DNA of 41,668 nucleotides, taken from a virus. The notes beneath the pieces are model-generated. The model was not told where the DNA came from, did not search any database, and saw nothing but the letters and a program-made list of their open reading frames with translations. Positions 38,465 through 41,668 of the stretch are shown one piece after another. The position numbers and the translations under genes were made by a program. How positions within the stretch are numbered: the first letter of the stretch is position 1; every line of letters starts with the position of its first letter. The stretch lies in the IMG/VR virus record IMGVR_UViG_3300045988_062043; one strand, 5' to 3'.

Positions 38465-38766
38465 TTTCCTCTTCCTCCTTATTTTATCCGCACCCTGCGG
38501 CAAAGATGCTACATGATACCACACTAAAAGTCCAATAAACGTCTCTTTTGTTGTTGCCCTATAAATTCTACAGGCTTAACAAAATAGATAGAATTTATTT
38601 GGGAGGTGTGGCTATTGCTTTAATGGAACTAATGTTCTAAAATATAAACCATAGTAAAAGTTCACAAATAGTTCACCATTCACTTATTTACATTTTGTGA
38701 CAATATATGCTAATATAATCCAAAAGAAACATTTTCCAAAAAATAAGTATGGGAGGGCGCAAAAAG

Positions 38767-38901
38767 ATGACGCCGAGGAAAGAACCTGTTGATACACTCA
38801 GGAAAGAAATTGAACTTGTCCTTGCTCGGAATAAAAATGAAAACTATTTAAAAGCTCTCCTCACGCGTGCCCTTATCCTTGAAAAACTACATAAGGAATA
38901 A
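38767..38901 (+). CDS. Small hypothetical protein (44 aa)
   Basis: MTPRKEPVDTLRKEIELVLARNKNENYLKALLTRALILEKLHKE with GGGAGGG 9 nt upstream. Followed directly by a terminator. Confidence 0.4.
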   Translation: MTPRKEPVDTLRKEIELVLARNKNENYLKALLTRALILEKLHKE

Positions 38902-38906
38902 TCAAT

Positions 38907-38938
38907 AAGGCCCCGGGGAACCGGGGCCTTATTTTTTT
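38907..38938. terminator. Bidirectional terminator shared by the small ORF and the repressor gene
   Basis: AAGGCCCCGG-GGAA-CCGGGGCCTT (10 bp, perfect), then ATTTTTTT on the + strand. The repressor stop codon lies in the 3' arm. Confidence 0.75.
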
Positions 38939-39297
38939 GTGAAGCCGTCTATCAGTTTTCTGATGGCGGCTTTTTCGTCGTCATCCATAAGCCAATATGC
39001 CTTTATAATCCGCTTAATTAGATCATCGTCTGACATATGAATCCGTTCCATAACTTCAAGGAACTCTTCGTCCTCGTCCTTCTGGATATGAGGCTCGCCT
39101 TCGCCGGTACGCAGCCAAAGCTCAGAGATATTAAATTCTCGGCAAATATCGGCAATGGTGCGGTCGCTGGGCACTTTTTCACCAGAGACTAGCCTAGAAA
39201 TAAAGGACTGCGAAACATTGATTTTCTCTGCAAAAGCGGTCTTTGTTAGTTTGCTGTCCTTTACACACCACGCAATTCTATCATTGATAGCCTCCAC
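38929..39297 (-). CDS. CI-like repressor (XRE HTH)
   Basis: 122 aa. GTG start with GGAGGG 8 nt upstream. LTKTAFAEKINVSQSFISRLVSGEKVPSDRTIADICREFNISELWLRTGEG. Divergent from a strong rightward promoter. Confidence 0.8.
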   Translation of the reverse strand: MEAINDRIAWCVKDSKLTKTAFAEKINVSQSFISRLVSGEKVPSDRTIADICREFNISELWLRTGEGEPHIQKDEDEEFLEVMERIHMSDDDLIKRIIKAYWLMDDDEKAAIRKLIDGFTKK

Positions 39298-39382
39298 TTT
39301 TCATCCCTCCTGTCTGCCACCTATTAAATCACAAAAGGGAAAAGAAGTCAAGAAAAAAATATGACCCAGACATAAAAAGTGC

Positions 39383-39411
39383 TTGACATATTGTCTTAGG
39401 CATGATATATT
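39383..39411 (+). promoter_or_regulatory. Early lytic promoter (PR-like)
   Basis: TTGACA (39383-88), a 17-nt spacer, then TATATT (39406-11), preceded by TGa (extended -10). Confidence 0.7.
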
Positions 39412-39423
39412 ATGTCCAGGACA
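39385..39423. promoter_or_regulatory. Candidate operator half-site palindromes (TGTC/GACA)
   Basis: GACATATTGTC (39385-95) overlaps the -35. TGTCCAGGACA (39413-23) lies just after the -10. A related GACCCAGACA lies near 39363-72. Confidence 0.4.
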
Positions 39424-39439
39424 AAGAGGAGGTGAGACG

Positions 39440-39619
39440 ATGCCTGTATATGACACCAGCAAACTCGCAGATGCACGGACTGTTGCCGAGAATCTAGCGG
39501 GTCTCCCCAAAGAAGCGTTACTTTATATCGCTGGATATGCAGAGGGTGTTCGAGATAAGCCTAAACGCCGAAAAAAGGTCCAGCAGAAGGCCAATGAAGA
39601 AAAAGAAGCCCGCCCCTGA
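39440..39619 (+). CDS. First early-lytic gene (Cro position), function unassigned
   Basis: 59 aa with a GAGGAGGTGA RBS. Basic C-terminus. No clear HTH seen. Confidence 0.55.
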   Translation: MPVYDTSKLADARTVAENLAGLPKEALLYIAGYAEGVRDKPKRRKKVQQKANEEKEARP

Positions 39620-39628
39620 CGGGGCGGG
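39609..39628 (-). terminator. Terminator for reverse gene 39690-40055
   Basis: CCCGCCCC-TGAC-GGGGCGGG followed on the minus strand by CTTCTTTTTCTT. Confidence 0.5.
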
Positions 39629-39649
39629 GAATAAGGAGGTGGTGGTTTT

Positions 39650-39760
39650 ATGCGAGAAAGAAAGCCTGGGTGTTGGCGCGACATTCTCCCTAATGTGTCG
39701 ATTGCTGTGTCTGTCGTTGCGGTTGTCCTTGCGGCAGCGGCTCTGGCTGCCCGGATGTAA
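39650..39760 (+). CDS. 36-aa single-TM peptide (uncertain)
   Basis: MRERKPGCWRDILPNVSIAVSVVAVVLAAAALAARM with a strong RBS AAGGAGGTGG 7 nt upstream. Overlaps the 3' end of the convergent gene by 71 nt. Confidence 0.35.
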   Translation: MRERKPGCWRDILPNVSIAVSVVAVVLAAAALAARM

Positions 39761-40055
39761 GTAGTCCGATCAATGAGATCAGGATTGCAATAGCGGACAA
39801 AATCAGTGCAATGGTTGCCTTTATATCACTCCTCCAGGCTCGCTTGTGTTCAAGCAAAGCGGACTCCCCGGTTGGAGTAATCCGGCACTGTTCTTCTAGA
39901 TGAACGATTTCGTTTATGTAGTTCAGTTCTAATAAGTGTCCTATATTCAAAGAGGCAACAGCAATCCCATAGGCGGAAAGGCTTGACTTAGAGACCCACT
40001 TCCCGTCTTCAGATTGCAAAGCTTTTAGAAACCTGCGCGTTTTTGGATCAAGCAT
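39690..40055 (-). CDS. Winged-helix-like protein with a C-terminal TM anchor
   Basis: 121 aa with a GGAGAGGAGG RBS. TM segment ATIALILSAIAILISLIGLL. Has its own promoter. Confidence 0.6.
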   Translation of the reverse strand: MLDPKTRRFLKALQSEDGKWVSKSSLSAYGIAVASLNIGHLLELNYINEIVHLEEQCRITPTGESALLEHKRAWRSDIKATIALILSAIAILISLIGLLTSGQPEPLPQGQPQRQTQQSTH

Positions 40056-40081
40056 AGTGTTGCCTCCTCTCCCCTTGCCCC

Positions 40082-40110
40082 ATTATAACACAAGGAAGAC
40101 TGGAACACAA
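40082..40110 (-). promoter_or_regulatory. Promoter of reverse gene 39690-40055
   Basis: The minus strand reads TTGTGT, a 17-nt spacer, then TATAAT with an extended -10 TG (..TGTTATAAT). Confidence 0.55.
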
Positions 40111-40241
40111 CAAAAAGCGCCCCGCCGGGCGTTAGCTCCACCCAGCGAGGCAGCAAACCTAATTGATTACGCCAATCAGGCTTGCAGGAAGATTATACCA
40201 CATCCTCCTTCAAGCCGCAAGTAAAAGGAGGATTTTTGCTC

Positions 40242-40433
40242 ATGAACGAAAATGACAAGGTTTCTGAGTTAGTCCGGCAGAATCACAACTCCCGCAAACT
40301 CACCAGCGAGGCCGTGGAGGCCCTGACTGGGAAACCGCTGGAATGGTTTATTGAAGCGGTAGGAAACAGAAATGAGGTGAAAGAAGATGGGAACAAGCTC
40401 AACCCAGACACATACGACAACAAAAAACAGTAA
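40242..40433 (+). CDS. Hypothetical early protein
   Basis: 63 aa with an AAAGGAGGA RBS. Confidence 0.5.
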   Translation: MNENDKVSELVRQNHNSRKLTSEAVEALTGKPLEWFIEAVGNRNEVKEDGNKLNPDTYDNKKQ

Positions 40434-40446
40434 GGAGGGCGCACAT

Positions 40447-40572
40447 ATGGAGTCCGAGAAAAAAGTAGAGAAGAAGATCCTCAAAGAAGAGCACTTGGAT
40501 TACCTAATCGAATTGTGGCTGAAATACCACAATGAAACCGCTGTAGAGATCAAAAAAACCTATGTTGCATAA
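40447..40572 (+). CDS. Hypothetical early protein (41 aa)
   Basis: TAAGGAGGG RBS. MESEKKVEKKILKEEHLDYLIELWLKYHNETAVEIKKTYVA. Confidence 0.4.
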   Translation: MESEKKVEKKILKEEHLDYLIELWLKYHNETAVEIKKTYVA

Positions 40573-40622
40573 GAAAGCCCCGCTTGTCTAGCACCAAGCG
40601 GGGCACGGAAGAGGTACACGAA

Positions 40623-41198
40623 ATGGAACGCATACCATCACACAGCAGGAATTATACCACAAGGCGGTGGGTGCCGTCAAGCGCAGTGCGGGACCTTATC
40701 CTTACCGGTATTGCCATTGGGATTTGTCTTGCGGCCTGCTGCGGGGTCCACGCGCTGGACGCGGGCCCATCCATCGCCCACACGCTGGACAAGCACCCCG
40801 GCGGACCAGTGCTGGCACGGGAATTATTGGAGGCAGAGCTTATCAATCCCACTCCACTATCGGACGAGCTGTACATAGTCCTGCTGGATGCCTGCGAGGA
40901 GAGCGGCGTAGAGGTGTCGCTTGCGCTTGGCGTGATCGAGGTGGAGAGTGGTTTTGACGTGGACGCGGTGAGCCCTGCGGGCTGCTATGGACTCATGCAG
41001 CTTAACCCGGAGTACTTTCCCAGCGGCCTCACTGCGGGGGAAAACATCCGGACGGGCACGGAGTACCTTGGGAGCTTGTTGGACCGCTACGGAGACACAG
41101 GCGCGGCCCTGACGGCATACAATGCAGGCCACGACACCGGAGACCGGGAGTATGCGGAGAAGGTGATCGGAGCGGCTGAGAAATGGAGGAGCGCATGA
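40623..41198 (+). CDS. Membrane-anchored lytic transglycosylase (SLT domain)
   Basis: N-terminal TM segment, then LGVIEVESGFDVDAVSPAGCYGLMQL...LTAYNAGH, which are SLT catalytic motifs. Confidence 0.8.
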   Translation: MERIPSHSRNYTTRRWVPSSAVRDLILTGIAIGICLAACCGVHALDAGPSIAHTLDKHPGGPVLARELLEAELINPTPLSDELYIVLLDACEESGVEVSLALGVIEVESGFDVDAVSPAGCYGLMQLNPEYFPSGLTAGENIRTGTEYLGSLLDRYGDTGAALTAYNAGHDTGDREYAEKVIGAAEKWRSA

Positions 41199-41668
41199 AT
41201 TACAAAGGTATGGACGCAAACATGCAATGCAGAGGATTCCAATATGAAGTTGGAAAAGAATATGAGACAGACGAAGCAGTAGTATGCGAAGCGGGATTCC
41301 ACGCGTGCGAATATCCGCTCGACGTCATCAATTATTACGCTCCGGCAGAAAGCCGATATGCTGTCGTCGAGCAAAGCGGAAAAATCAGCAAATCCGGTGA
41401 TGATACAAAAGTTGCATCGACAGAGATTAAGATCGTGGCCGAAATAGGCATTGCAGAATTGGTAAAAGCAGCCATCGAATATACAAAGACACGTGCCAAA
41501 GAAGAGCCCGGTGGGCACGCTACGGGCAACCTGGGCGCGGCGTCTGCTACGGGCAACCGGGGCGCGGCGTCTGCTACGGGCTACCAGGGCGCGGCGTCTG
41601 CTACGGGCGACCGGGGCGCGGCGTCTGCTACGGGCGACCGGGGCGCGGCGTCTGCTACGGGCTACCAG
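41195..41668 (+). CDS. N-terminal part of the wrap-around DUF7666-like repeat protein (continues at 2-418)
   Basis: ATGA overlap with the SLT stop. MNYKGMDANMQCRGFQYEVGKEYETDEAVVCEAGFHACEYPLDVINYY. Open to the window edge (158 codons) and absent from the track because it has no stop. Confidence 0.8.
   Translation, partial: MNYKGMDANMQCRGFQYEVGKEYETDEAVVCEAGFHACEYPLDVINYYAPAESRYAVVEQSGKISKSGDDTKVASTEIKIVAEIGIAELVKAAIEYTKTRAKEEPGGHATGNLGAASATGNRGAASATGYQGAASATGDRGAASATGDRGAASATGYQ
41518..41668 (+). repeat. Tandem 27-nt coding repeat (5.2 units), same array as 1-217
   Basis: Units with variable dicodons AACCTG, AACCGG, TACCAG, GACCGG, GACCGG, TACCAG. The remaining nucleotides are invariant. 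Confidence 0.95.

Noticed and set aside
1-41668. Diversity-generating retroelement or retron as an explanation for the hypervariable repeat positions
   Set aside because: There is no reverse-transcriptase-like ORF anywhere in the window. Variation is not adenine-specific and there is no template-repeat/variable-repeat pair.

Overview
The window is one complete temperate siphovirus-type phage genome, about 41.6 kb, GC-rich, with Firmicutes/Clostridia-style RBSs and gene content. It appears to be circularly closed. The first 34 nt equal the last 34 nt. One gene (a DUF7666-like protein carrying a 27-nt tandem repeat) runs off the right edge and re-enters at the left edge, and it stays in frame only if that overlap is collapsed.

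Gene order around the circle:
- Lysogeny module: large serine recombinase (35646-36950), a type I toxin/antisense-RNA-like locus, lipoprotein and membrane morons, and a CI-like repressor with a divergent switch (39298-39440).
- Early and replication genes: SLT, ERF, NinB-like, an HNH-invaded ssb, DnaD-like, PD-(D/E)xK nuclease, radical SAM, DUF5664.
- A reverse-strand 4-gene cassette under a consensus promoter (7846-9125).
- A ~710-nt ORF-free, hairpin-dense region with an embedded aberrant tRNA-like element (9402-10110).
- terS/terL, portal, MuF-nuclease-toxin fusion, HK97-type capsid, tail, tape measure, collagen-like fibre, then lysis.
- An 8-gene accessory island of Q/P/G/C-rich proteins that I cannot assign (32091-35561).

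The best candidates for something new are the structured RNA region, the accessory island and the reverse cassette. All product calls come from by-eye motif recognition and hand base-pairing. No searches or folding programs were run.
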